A stretch of DNA of 64,000 nucleotides. Origin: an uncultured Chloroflexia bacterium (GTDB lineage Bacteria; Chloroflexota; Anaerolineae; Anaerolineales; Villigracilaceae). A program made the translations under genes and the position numbers. The DNA lies in contig CAWKNE010000008.1 in assembly GCA_963850945.1 (NCBI GenBank), forward strand, positions 160,812-224,811, given 5' to 3'. Positions 22,248 through 30,924 of the stretch are shown piece by piece. The notes under the pieces were generated by a model. It worked only from the letters and a program-made list of their open reading frames with translations. It did no database searches and had not been told where the DNA came from. Every line of letters starts with the position of its first letter. The first letter of the stretch is position 1.

Positions 22248-22345
22248 CGGAATTCGGGAATCGAAAATCGGGAGTTGTTAAGCACGCGAGCTAACTCCCA
22301 AGTAACGAATAACGATTCCCGACTCCCGAAGGAGCAAAGTGACTT

Positions 22346-22894
22346 ATGCAAAAAGAAATTATCATCGCTGGTTTTGGCGGACAGGGCGTGCTCTTCGGCG
22401 GACAAGTTCTGACGTATGCCGCCATGGACGCTGGTAAAGAAGTGACGTGGATTCCATCTTACGGTCCGGAAATGCGCGGAGGAACCGCCAACTGCACCAT
22501 CGTCATCGCGGATGACGAGATCGGTTCGCCATTAGTAAAGAATCCGCCGCTGGGAATCGCACTCAATCTGCCATCCTTCGATAAGTACGAAGAGGAGCTT
22601 CAAACAGGCGGGACATTGGTGGTGAACAAATCCATGGTAGATCGCGGACCAAAGCGCGATGACATCCATATCATCTTTGTGCCGTGCAACGAGATCGCGG
22701 AAGAGATCGGTGACCGCAAATTATTGAACATGGTCGCGGTCGGCGCGTTGCTGACGGCTTTGCCTGAATTGAGCATCAAAGACGTCGAGAAGGCGCTCGA
22801 AGCTCATATGCCTGAACGGCATAAGAATCTATTGCCGAAAAATTTTGAAGCATTGAAGCGCGGATACAAAGCGGCACAAAAAGTTCCGGCGTAA
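22346..22894 (+). CDS. 2-oxoacid:ferredoxin oxidoreductase gamma subunit
   Basis: Begins [18 protein letters not shown], typical of the gamma subunit. Last gene of the cluster. Confidence 0.85.
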   Translation: MQKEIIIAGFGGQGVLFGGQVLTYAAMDAGKEVTWIPSYGPEMRGGTANCTIVIADDEIGSPLVKNPPLGIALNLPSFDKYEEELQTGGTLVVNKSMVDRGPKRDDIHIIFVPCNEIAEEIGDRKLLNMVAVGALLTALPELSIKDVEKALEAHMPERHKNLLPKNFEALKRGYKAAQKVPA

Positions 22895-22917
22895 ATAAGA
22901 ACCATTTTGAGTACTCC

Positions 22918-22950
22918 AAAGCCCGTCTCAGTGAGAGGCGGGCTTTCGTG
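22918..22950 (+). terminator. Rho-independent terminator after the oxidoreductase operon
   Basis: Stem GCCCGTCTC / GAGGCGGGC (one G-U pair), followed by TTTCGTGTTGATTTT. Confidence 0.6.
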
Positions 22951-23127
22951 TTGATTTTGCCAGGGAGTTGATGTATAGTTATTGCAGGTTTGTATCCTTG
23001 CAGTCTAATCACCTAAATTAATGTAGGAATTAGACTGCAAGCCCAAAAGGAATTAGGCTGACAGCCTAATCGCGAGTTGGGCGCTTGGTCAAAGCTCACA
23101 TTGAAGTCGAGTAGGTTCTGATGCATT

Positions 23128-23556
23128 ATGCGCAATAAGCTGCCCGTTGCCGTACATTTATTCTTTCTACAAGCTAATCGAATATTATTATTGCGTCGCT
23201 TTAACACAGGCTACGAAGACGGCAATTACAGCGTTGTTGCCGGTCATGTAGATGCAGGCGAAACAGTATCACAGGCTGCCATTCGTGAGGCGAATGAAGA
23301 AGTTGGAGTAATATTGCGCCCAACGGACATTAAATTTATCCATGTTATGAATCGCAAATCGGAAGATGAACGTATTGATTTTTTCGTGGAAGTCAGGCAT
23401 TGGATTGGCGAAATTACAAACAATGAACCGCAAAAATGTGACGATTTATCTTGGGTGGCTATTGACGCTTTGCCCCCAAACATAATTCCGTATGTGGAAC
23501 ACGCAATAGAACATTATCAGCGAAACGTTTATTACAGTGAGTTTGGTTGGCCGTAA
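23128..23556 (+). CDS. Nudix hydrolase
   Basis: Nudix box GHVDAGETVSQAAIREANEEVGV. Confidence 0.85.
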   Translation: MRNKLPVAVHLFFLQANRILLLRRFNTGYEDGNYSVVAGHVDAGETVSQAAIREANEEVGVILRPTDIKFIHVMNRKSEDERIDFFVEVRHWIGEITNNEPQKCDDLSWVAIDALPPNIIPYVEHAIEHYQRNVYYSEFGWP

Positions 23557-23828
23557 AAATGTTTCCTTGGAAACCCTTTCATACATTGGCAGGGTTATCG
23601 TTTTTTCAGGCGGCGAGTTTTGCATTCATCCAGCGCCTAACATCGCGTGCAGCGGACGGGGCTCTCGCCCTTTCAACGCGGGCGGCTTGCCAGCGAGCGC
23701 GCATCTCGATCAAGTAGCCTTGCCCATCCGCCCCGCCGCTAACGCATTCCGTTAGGCTTTTCCCGATTTTCATTTCCTCCCGCCTCAATCAGAGGCGGAA
23801 CTTTTTCATAATGCTATAATCTGTCATT

Positions 23829-23921
23829 ATGAAATACGAAACTCTTAACAACATTCAAGTTCCCAAAATCGGCTTTGGCTCAGCGCGGCTCGGCGGCAGG
23901 CTTTTCGCTGACCGCACATGA
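23829..23921 (+). pseudogene. 5' fragment (30 codons) of an aldo/keto reductase gene
   Basis: MKYETLNNIQVPKIGFGSARLGG... then a stop. A TATAAT box lies at 23813-23818. The fragment abuts the Rhs fragment on the opposite strand. Confidence 0.45.
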
Positions 23922-24081
23922 GATGTCCAGTCGGACCAATAAGAGCAATGGGGTCATTCTGCACATAACTATATCTATTCGAACTCTGCGGGTTGGACTG
24001 ACCGGGAACAATTGCACCCCGCGAAATGAATCTACCCAGCGCGGCATCATATATGCGGGCGTGATAGTCCATCAAGCCCAA
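23922..24081 (-). pseudogene. Orphan Rhs/YD-repeat core fragment (RHS-associated core end)
   Basis: YHARIYDAALGRFISRGAIVPGQSNPQSSNRYSYVQNDPIALIGPTGH matches the conserved end of Rhs cores. The rest of ORF 23845..24081 is antisense to the AKR fragment. Confidence 0.6.
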
Positions 24082-24276
24082 GGTCGCATCGCCTGACCTT
24101 TAATTTATTTTCGCTCTATGGACTTAATAAAAAAGCAAATAAGTCCTGAAGAAGATACCCTGCTAGTCATGCAAAGCGATTGAGCGAAACATTCGTGCGG
24201 TCATCCAAGATAAAATGGGTATCGCAGATCCTGATGATAGAATAGTGGCAGATCTTGAAATGGAAACCCTATAAGC

Positions 24277-25843
24277 ATGGACCGAAATAGTCTGTCACAA
24301 CCTGAAGAAAAAGATCAGCTGTATCGGGGAATCTTCGAAGCTGTAGGTGATGGATTGATCGTGCAGGATTCAGAAACCCAGCGCGTCGTCGAGGCGAACT
24401 CCGCTGCCGCTGAGATGCACGGATACAGCCGCGAGGAATATATCGGCTTGCATCAAACGGAATACATTCATCCCGACAGTCAGCCTCTTTTCGCCAAGTC
24501 CGTCCAGGCGATTCAGTCGGGCGGCGTGTTCGAATTGCCCGCCATTCACCTACACCGCGATGGCTCACCATTCCATGTCGAGGTGCGTAGGACAGCATTT
24601 ACTTATCAAGGCCGTCCGTGTCTGTTGAGCGTTGTCCGCGATGTCAGTGAGAGAGTCCAAGCAGAACAGCTTCTTCTCCAGCAAGAGGAAGTCCGCCAAC
24701 GTGAACAGTCCACCTTGCTGGATATCTCCCACACATTAGCTTCCACCTTGGAACTCAAGCCGGATTTGATCCTTGATCAATTGCAAGTCATTATTAAATA
24801 CAGCCATGCCGCGCTTTTTGTGTTGGAAAACTCGGCGCTGATGACCATTGCCATGCGAGGAGTGCAACAACGGGAAGGTGCTGCACCCTTCCGCATCCGC
24901 TTGAATGGGCCGGAGATTCTTGCGCGGCTGTTCAACGAACATCGTCCCATCCGAATCGCGGACGTGTCAAGTGCAGATAAGGAAGCACAGTTCCTTCGTT
25001 CGTTGCTGGGTGATGAGGCGGCTTTATTATTGGAAGGAGTACATGCGTGGATGTGGGTGCCTTTGGCGATCAAAGGCCGCATCATCGGCGGCATGGGCGT
25101 GGCGCACACCGACCGGAATTACTTCACGAGTTCATCATGCCGACCTGGCTTTGACGGTGGCCAACCAGGCCGCCATCACCATGGTCAATGCTGAATTGTT
25201 TCAACAGGCCCAAGCATTGGCCGCCTTGCAAGAACGCCAACGTCTCGCACAGAACCTGCACGATGCCGTCAACCAGTCACTCTTTTCCGCGGGTCTGATT
25301 GCCGAGGTCCTGCCGCGTTTGTGGGATCGGGATCAGGCTCAAGCGCGACAATCGCTGGAGGACTTGCGCCGCTTGACACGGGGCGCAATGGCTGAAATGC
25401 GCGCCTTGCTGGCCGAGCTTCGACCCTCGACCCTGACCGATGCCGAGTTGGGCGATCTTGTGCGCTTGCTAGGAAATGCGTTCACAGGCCGCACAAATAT
25501 CCCGGCTAAGTTAACGGTGACAGGAGAAGGCGTTTTACCAGCCGAGGTGCAAGTGGCAATCTATCGCATATGCCAGGAAGCGCTGAATAATGTTGCCAAA
25601 CATGCCAAAGCCAGCTTAGTGGAAATAAATCTAAAACACGATGGATCCGCCATTGATTTGAGTATTCACGATAATGGCCAAGGTTTTGATCCTGAACAAA
25701 TCACCTCCGGTCACTACGGCTTGAGCATGATGCGCGAACGCGCCGAAGAGGTGGGCGCACAGTTATCCGTCACAAGCCAGCCCGGCCAGGGTACCAAACT
25801 AACCATCCGCTGGAAACCAACCAAACAAAAGGAGGTCTCATGA
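24277..25843 (+). CDS. Sensor histidine kinase (PAS-GAF-HisKA_3-HATPase, NarX/LiaS type); apparent frame break near 25120
   Basis: H-box ERQRLAQNLHDAVNQSLF, with an ATPase domain (QEALNNVAKHA ... DNGQGF ... GLSMMRERA). Pieces 24277..25194 and 24905..25843. Confidence 0.8.
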
Positions 25844-26486
25844 CAATGTCCCCATCCAAATCTATTCGCGTTATGTTGGTTGACGATCACACGATGGTAC
25901 GTAAAGGCTTGGCAACCTTCTTAAAAGCTTTCGATGATTTGGAGCTGGCGGGCGAAGCCGAGAACGGTGAGACCGCCATCCAGCTCTGTGCCAAGCTTCA
26001 GCCCGATGTTATCCTAATGGATATGGTTATGCCCGGCATGAACGGGGCAACCGCTACGCGTACGATACGCCAACAATTTCCAAACATCCAAGTAATCGCA
26101 CTAACAAGTTTCAAAGAAGAAGAGCTGGTGAAAAGCGCGCTGGAAGCGGGGCCATTGGTTACTTGCTCAAGGATGTTTCAGCCGATGAACTGGTCAGGGC
26201 CATTCGCGCAGCCCATGCCGGCCGTGCCACCCTATCGCCAGAGGCCGCTCAAGCGTTGGTCCATGCCACCAGCCAGCCACCCGCGCCAGGATATGATCTT
26301 ACCGAACGCGAGCGGGCGGTTCTGGCTCTGATGGTGGAAGGTCTGAACAATACGCAAATTGCTGGAAGATTGGTTGTCAGCCCATCCACCATTAAATCCC
26401 ACGTCAGCAACATTCTCTCCAAGCTAGGCGTTACGAGCCGAACGGAAGCTGTCACTCTGGCTTTGCGCAACCGGCTAGTTACCTGA
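25840..26486 (+). CDS. NarL/LuxR-family response regulator; apparent frame break near 26160
   Basis: Receiver domain (IRVMLVDDH...VILMDMVMPGMNG) plus a LuxR HTH (LTERERAVLALMVEGLNNTQIAGRLVVSPSTIKSHV). Overlaps the kinase stop. Confidence 0.85.
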
Positions 26487-26501
26487 GAGCCTATTCCATG
26501 C

Positions 26502-26560
26502 CTCCCCCAAGTGACGGAGAGCAATACTCCCCAGCCGATGGATGCGGCTGGGAGTTTTTT
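26502..26560 (+). promoter_or_regulatory. Terminator-containing conserved motif, copy A (two hairpins + T6)
   Basis: CTCCCCCAAGTGACGGAGAGCAATACTCCCCAGCCGATGGATGCGGCTGGGAGTTTTTT. About 90% identical to copy B at 27989-28045. Confidence 0.6.
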
Positions 26561-26586
26561 GTCTTAATATCATATGTTGGATAATT

Positions 26587-27367
26587 GGTAGTGGTTACAA
26601 AGTAAGTGATGCAAGTTGTTTTCTGGCGAGATTGTGATCAATGATAAACCATGTAGTGACCATGTGATGAAAGGCGTCGCGCTTCGAAAACGAAAGGGTT
26701 TTACGGACATAGCGCGCCTGATGTTGGCGCAAAGTACAATACCAACGCTCCATGTGTGAAACCTGTCCGCTCTCTTTCCCAACCGCTTGATGCGTGCTCT
26801 GCGGAAGAACTTTTTGGTAGGCTTCCCAGAAATCACTGTAGGAAATACAACTGCGGTAGGCCAGTGGAACTTCGTTCCACAAACGGCGACAGGTTGTTTC
26901 ACTGCGGTCGCCAATGACAAAGGCGATGATTTGTCGGGTGCGACAACACATGACCGTCCACAGCCAACGTTTATTGCTCTTTTTGAGAACAAAACTCCAG
27001 GCTTCATCATATTCCAAGACATCGTCCGGTTCGGCTGGCAACAAAGTGTCTTTGAGTTCCGGCAGATCTTTTACATGTTCGACAATCCATCTGGAAACGC
27101 TTTGGCGAGCAACATCAAAAATCCGCTCCAAACCTCGCAAACTTACACGCTCTTGGTAGAGGCTGAGGATGATCGGTTTTTGCGTTTTTTTGCCTCTCGC
27201 TTTAACTCCAGAACACGCCGCGCTCCGCACTCTTTACAGTGATATTGCTGTTGCTTGAGACGGTTGGTGCCGTTTTTGACAATATTGGTGCTTCCGCACA
27301 CTCGACAGTGGTAGGCTTTTTGGATCATACTGCCTATCTTATCATCACTTACTTTTCATCCACTACC
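26587..27367 (-). mobile_element. IS1-family insertion sequence, copy 2 (781 bp)
   Basis: Same IRs and orientation as copy 1. Its own 8-bp TSD GGATAATT is at 26579-26586 and 27368-27375. It differs from copy 1 by at least two substitutions (15240 G vs 26945 A; 15499 G vs 27204 A). Confidence 0.95.
26595..27328 (-). CDS. insAB: IS1-family transposase InsAB' (copy 2)
   Basis: ORFs 27143..27328 and 26595..27230 are near-identical to copy 1. Confidence 0.9.
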
Positions 27368-27506
27368 GGATAATTTACTTTAAGCTAACGAAAACATCCA
27401 AACCGCAGTGATCCAATATTTTGTAAACTTGCAAAAGATTATTTCCTGATTTTTTTATTTGATTCAAGAATGACAGTTTATTAAGATTTACAAAAGGAGT
27501 AGGCCA

Positions 27507-27978
27507 ATGAACGATCATGATTTATCGAAGTTCACCTGTCTCAAATGCGGTGGCCATGAATTAATCGTTACTCACATTTGGAACATTCAGGCTGGGACTG
27601 ACAGCGAACGCTGGCGCGAATGGGGCCCCCTCAAGGATAGTCATCACTGGCAATATGAATTCAAAGAAAAGATCGAAGAAGAATGCCGACGATGAAGTTC
27701 AGAGAGGTGACTTCGGTGAGTTCGAGGAAGATGACTCCGATTCTGAACCGGAAGAATATGAAATCAATGAAACCGAAACCAGCCGGGAAAGCGATGAATT
27801 TTTTATAAATTGTGGCAATTGTGATCGCGAGATTGAATTCGGCTGGTCAGAGCCGGATCGTCGTGGTCTCATTTTGCCGGTTGAGTTTTCGGATTTCAAT
27901 CCTCTTGAAAGCTGGCCGGACCCCAAATATGTTGATGCATGGCAGCTGAGAGGCTGGCTCCGAACGGGAAATATCTAG
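27507..27978 (+). CDS. Hypothetical acidic protein with two CxxC pairs (zinc-ribbon-like); apparent frame break near 27690
   Basis: ORFs 27507..27695 (CLKCGGHE) and 27655..27978 (CGNCDRE, Asp/Glu-rich) join as ...YEFKEKIEEE/ADDEVQRGDF. AT-rich context. Confidence 0.4.
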
Positions 27979-27988
27979 GATTGAGCAT

Positions 27989-28045
27989 CTCCCCCAAGTG
28001 GCGGAGAGCAAAACTCCCCAGCCGCAGGATGCGGCCGGGGAGTTT
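27989..28045 (+). promoter_or_regulatory. Terminator/attenuator-like conserved motif, copy B
   Basis: CTCCCCCAAGTGGCGGAGAGCAAAACTCCCCAGCCGCAGGATGCGGCCGGGGAGTTT. It ends 18 nt before the ATG at 28064. Confidence 0.55.
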
Positions 28046-28063
28046 CTACTGTAGGATGAGAGT

Positions 28064-28435
28064 ATGACCCGTGTATTTCTAGCCGATGCGCTGACCGAGG
28101 AACGTTCCGCGTTGCGGCTAATGTTGTTAGATTTGAGCATGGAAATTGCTGGTGAAGCCGCAGACTGGTCAATCACATTAGCTCAGGCACCCATCAGCCG
28201 CACAGATATGTTATTGGTGGATTGGGATTTACTTCCCAGCGCACCTGTCGCAGCTCTGGATGAACTACGAAAAGCCTGCCCGGCCGCGCTGGTCATTGTC
28301 CTCATCAGCCATCTGGACGCCCGTCAGCAAGCCGCTCTCTCCGCTGGCGCCGACGCGTTTATCAGTAAAGGTGAAACGCCTGAGCGTGTGGCCGAACGCT
28401 TGCGAACCGTCGCCGCGAGCGTTCCTATTAAGTGA
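28064..28435 (+). CDS. Single-domain response-regulator receiver protein
   Basis: CheY-like, 123 aa (DMLLVDWDL acceptor region, ...LISHLDARQQAALSAGADAFISKG). Confidence 0.7.
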   Translation: MTRVFLADALTEERSALRLMLLDLSMEIAGEAADWSITLAQAPISRTDMLLVDWDLLPSAPVAALDELRKACPAALVIVLISHLDARQQAALSAGADAFISKGETPERVAERLRTVAASVPIK

Positions 28436-28540
28436 TGCCAACTGGCCGATCAGAAGGACATGAAAAACCGGCGCATTAGGCTGTCTCGAGCGTCGGCATA
28501 AATTGGGACAGCCTTTCAGAAAGATCAGGAGATTCACAGC

Positions 28541-28777
28541 ATGAACAGAACTATCTTCGAGGGCAAGTGGAAACAAATCCGTGGAAAATCCAAGGAATGG
28601 TGGAGCCTGATTAACGATCTCGACCTGAGCCGGGTGGATAAAGCAGCGGTCAAGCTCAATAAATATGTTGTTCTCCTGCAGGTGAAATATGGTTACACCA
28701 AGCAACATGCCAAAGAGGAGATCGATAAACGTTTAAAGGAAATTGAGGCCAAAGAACTCGATGTTCAGGCTTCATAA
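28541..28777 (+). CDS. CsbD-family general stress protein
   Basis: GKWKQIRGKSKEWWSLINDLDL...LQVKYGYTKQHAKEEIDK matches the CsbD pattern. Confidence 0.75.
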   Translation: MNRTIFEGKWKQIRGKSKEWWSLINDLDLSRVDKAAVKLNKYVVLLQVKYGYTKQHAKEEIDKRLKEIEAKELDVQAS

Positions 28778-29073
28778 TTGCAAGGGGTACGAATGGACAA
28801 TTCGATTTACGAACAAGAGTCGGACACAGAACATGCCCGAGGCTCTTTCACCGGCCTGCGGATAGTTGATCGCCTTGTGAAATGGTTGGCTAGTCTCTTC
28901 CATTTGACAGGTGATGAACAAAAAGATGCTGGCATCTATCTTGGTCATAAGCATAACGATTAAATATCTGTCTTGAAAAAGGTAACCAAAGTTCCTGAGG
29001 CTGCTAAGTGTATGGGTTTCGAAATCTGCACACTCGACCGATAACTTAAATCAAAAAGAGAAAGGAGACTCTC

Positions 29074-29226
29074 ATGAAATTCAACAAGAACATAGGCTTC
29101 CTGTTGTTAGCCGCATGGCTAATTCTCACGGGCCTGGCTACATTCATTCCACTGCTTGCTAGCTTGGGTATGATCTTGGCGATCCTTGCCATAGCCGCCG
29201 GCGTCTTGATAGCATTGAACCGCTAG
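29074..29226 (+). CDS. Small hydrophobic membrane protein (50 aa), below the ORF-track cutoff
   Basis: An SD AAAGGAGA lies 7 nt upstream of the ATG. The product is MKFNKNIGFLLLAAWLILTGLATFIPLLASLGMILAILAIAAGVLIALNR. Confidence 0.45.
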   Translation: MKFNKNIGFLLLAAWLILTGLATFIPLLASLGMILAILAIAAGVLIALNR

Positions 29227-29512
29227 ATCAAATACCACCTGGCCGAATCTAGCTGGGTGGTCCGCTCTCATTCGAGAAAACATTATCAGAACCACATTGA
29301 AAGTATTATAGGATATTGGACGAGGAGTACATATGTTCCCGGCGCAAAGAGCACGAACCGAACCCGACGAATTATTAATGTGCAAAGATTCAAGCAAATC
29401 ACTGGTGGAAGAGCAGTTGCTCGGGAGCAACTCTCCGCTAATGACAGCCTCGGCGGATCAGGATGAAAAACACATTATGGAACCACATATTACCCGATTG
29501 TAGGATGTGGAT

Positions 29513-30019
29513 ATGACAAAGGCAAATTCAACCAGACTTTTATTGATAGCTTTTTTGCTTATTGCTGTTCTTTCAGCCTGCAGCCTTCCGGGCGGACCTG
29601 GTTTGCAAACCAAGACAATCGACCAAAATCCAGCCGGTTCCGTCGCCGCGATGACCTTGCAAGAAACCCAAACGGTTACTATCTTCCCAACATATACTAC
29701 GCCGACGGTGATTGCCTCGCCAATGTCCACACCTGCCCCACCTAACACTCCGACTTGGTCAGCCTATAATTACACCTGCGAATTTACTGTTGACGGCGGC
29801 ACCATGACGATGAACCTTGCCTGGAATGATCACTCCAATAACGAGGACGGCTACAAGGTCTATCGAGATCAACAGGTAATCGCGACTCTGGCACCAAATT
29901 CCACATCGTATGTTGATGTCGCTTTTGTCGCCAAGGGAAAGACACTGAGTTATTCAGTCGAAGCTTTCAAAAAGGACTGGCAAGCGAGCACCAGCACGAT
30001 CACCTATGGTTGCCAGTAA
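29513..30019 (+). CDS. Secreted lipoprotein, Thr/Pro linker + Ig/FN3-like beta domain
   Basis: Signal plus lipobox LLIAVLSAC. The C-terminal beta-rich domain ends in ...TITYGCQ. Confidence 0.55.
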   Translation: MTKANSTRLLLIAFLLIAVLSACSLPGGPGLQTKTIDQNPAGSVAAMTLQETQTVTIFPTYTTPTVIASPMSTPAPPNTPTWSAYNYTCEFTVDGGTMTMNLAWNDHSNNEDGYKVYRDQQVIATLAPNSTSYVDVAFVAKGKTLSYSVEAFKKDWQASTSTITYGCQ

Positions 30020-30144
30020 CGGGTGCCCGATTGAGGAAACAGGAGGCACATTGAGCAACCTATTACGATTATCGTAGAGATTTCTAATTGATTGCTGGAA
30101 ATATCTAACCTGTAATTCTGTGATTAACCAAAAAGGAGAAAAGA

Positions 30145-30345
30145 ATGGGACGCAAAGGTGTAAGCAAGCGCAAGCCGAAAAAGTCAAGGCCGTTTTCCAG
30201 TGCCGATATCAGTGGTTCTTCCAACACTCGCTCTGGCGAACAACCAGCAGTGCAGTCTCTTGTGAAAAACAATAGGAGCTCTTTCAACCGAGGCGGCATG
30301 AATCCCTCGGCTGGATCAAATAATAAAGGCAGAAAAGGACAGTAA
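30145..30345 (+). CDS. Small basic hydrophilic protein, KGG/YciG-like stress hydrophilin (weak)
   Basis: An SD AAAAGGAGA lies upstream. The 66-aa product is Lys/Gly/Ser/Asn-rich with GRKG at both ends. Confidence 0.35.
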   Translation: MGRKGVSKRKPKKSRPFSSADISGSSNTRSGEQPAVQSLVKNNRSSFNRGGMNPSAGSNNKGRKGQ

Positions 30346-30403
30346 GTATCCGGACGATGGAATAATGTTTATCGTAGTTAAGTATTGCCGAGGAGAAAAG
30401 ACA

Positions 30404-30565
30404 ATGAAACTAAATTTGTTTTTTATCGTTATGGATTTTCTTACCTTACTGGCCTATCCGATCCTATTTATGCATGGCAAACTACGCCAGTTTTCAAGAT
30501 CAAAAGAAAATATTACGCTGGCGAAGAAATTACTAATTACTGGTTCGGTCGCAGCAGGCGGATGA
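30404..30565 (+). CDS. Small membrane protein (hypothetical)
   Basis: A GAGGAG SD lies before the ATG at 30404. The product begins MKLNLFFIVMDFLTLLAYPILFMHGK. Confidence 0.35.
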   Translation: MKLNLFFIVMDFLTLLAYPILFMHGKLRQFSRSKENITLAKKLLITGSVAAGG

Positions 30566-30641
30566 CCAACCAGAAAACTTCGAACATGCGAAAGACAAAG
30601 ATCCTTCGTATGACCACATCATAAAAAGAAATGGAGATAGA

Positions 30642-30902
30642 ATGGGAATACTTTCCTGGATTGTCGTTGGTTTGATCGCAGGCTGGCTGGCAGGGTTGAT
30701 CGTAAAAGGGGGCGGGTTCGGGCGCGTCGGTGACATCATCGTCGGCGTGATTGGCGGATTGCTGGGTGGCTGGCTTGCCTCCTCTTTCTTCCATATGGGC
30801 AACGCGATGACAGGCATCAACTTTGAATCCATCGCGGTTGCGTTCGTCGGAGCAGTGATATTAGTTATCATATTGCGCTTGGTAAGTGGAAGAAGGGTTT
30901 AA
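30642..30902 (+). CDS. GlsB/YeaQ/YmgE-family stress membrane protein
   Basis: ILSWIVVGLIAGWLAGLIVKGGGFGRVGDIIVGVIGGLLGGWL is typical of the family. Confidence 0.8.
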   Translation: MGILSWIVVGLIAGWLAGLIVKGGGFGRVGDIIVGVIGGLLGGWLASSFFHMGNAMTGINFESIAVAFVGAVILVIILRLVSGRRV

Positions 30903-30924
30903 GTAGCTTTCTGAAGGAGTATGT

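Noticed and set aside
23606-23788. The 60-aa ORF as a confident gene (a possible antitoxin or immunity protein).
   Set aside because: No family was recognised and SD spacing is poor. The start overlaps a plus-strand terminator-like hairpin (CCGCCTC...GAGGCGG + T-run, about 23779-23806). It is mentioned only as context for the Rhs scrap.
14882-27367. The two same-orientation IS1 copies might form a composite transposon carrying the 10.9-kb segment between them.
   Set aside because: Each copy has its own matching 8-bp target duplication (GGCAATCG and GGATAATT). These are therefore two independent insertions. The outer flanks do not share a duplication.
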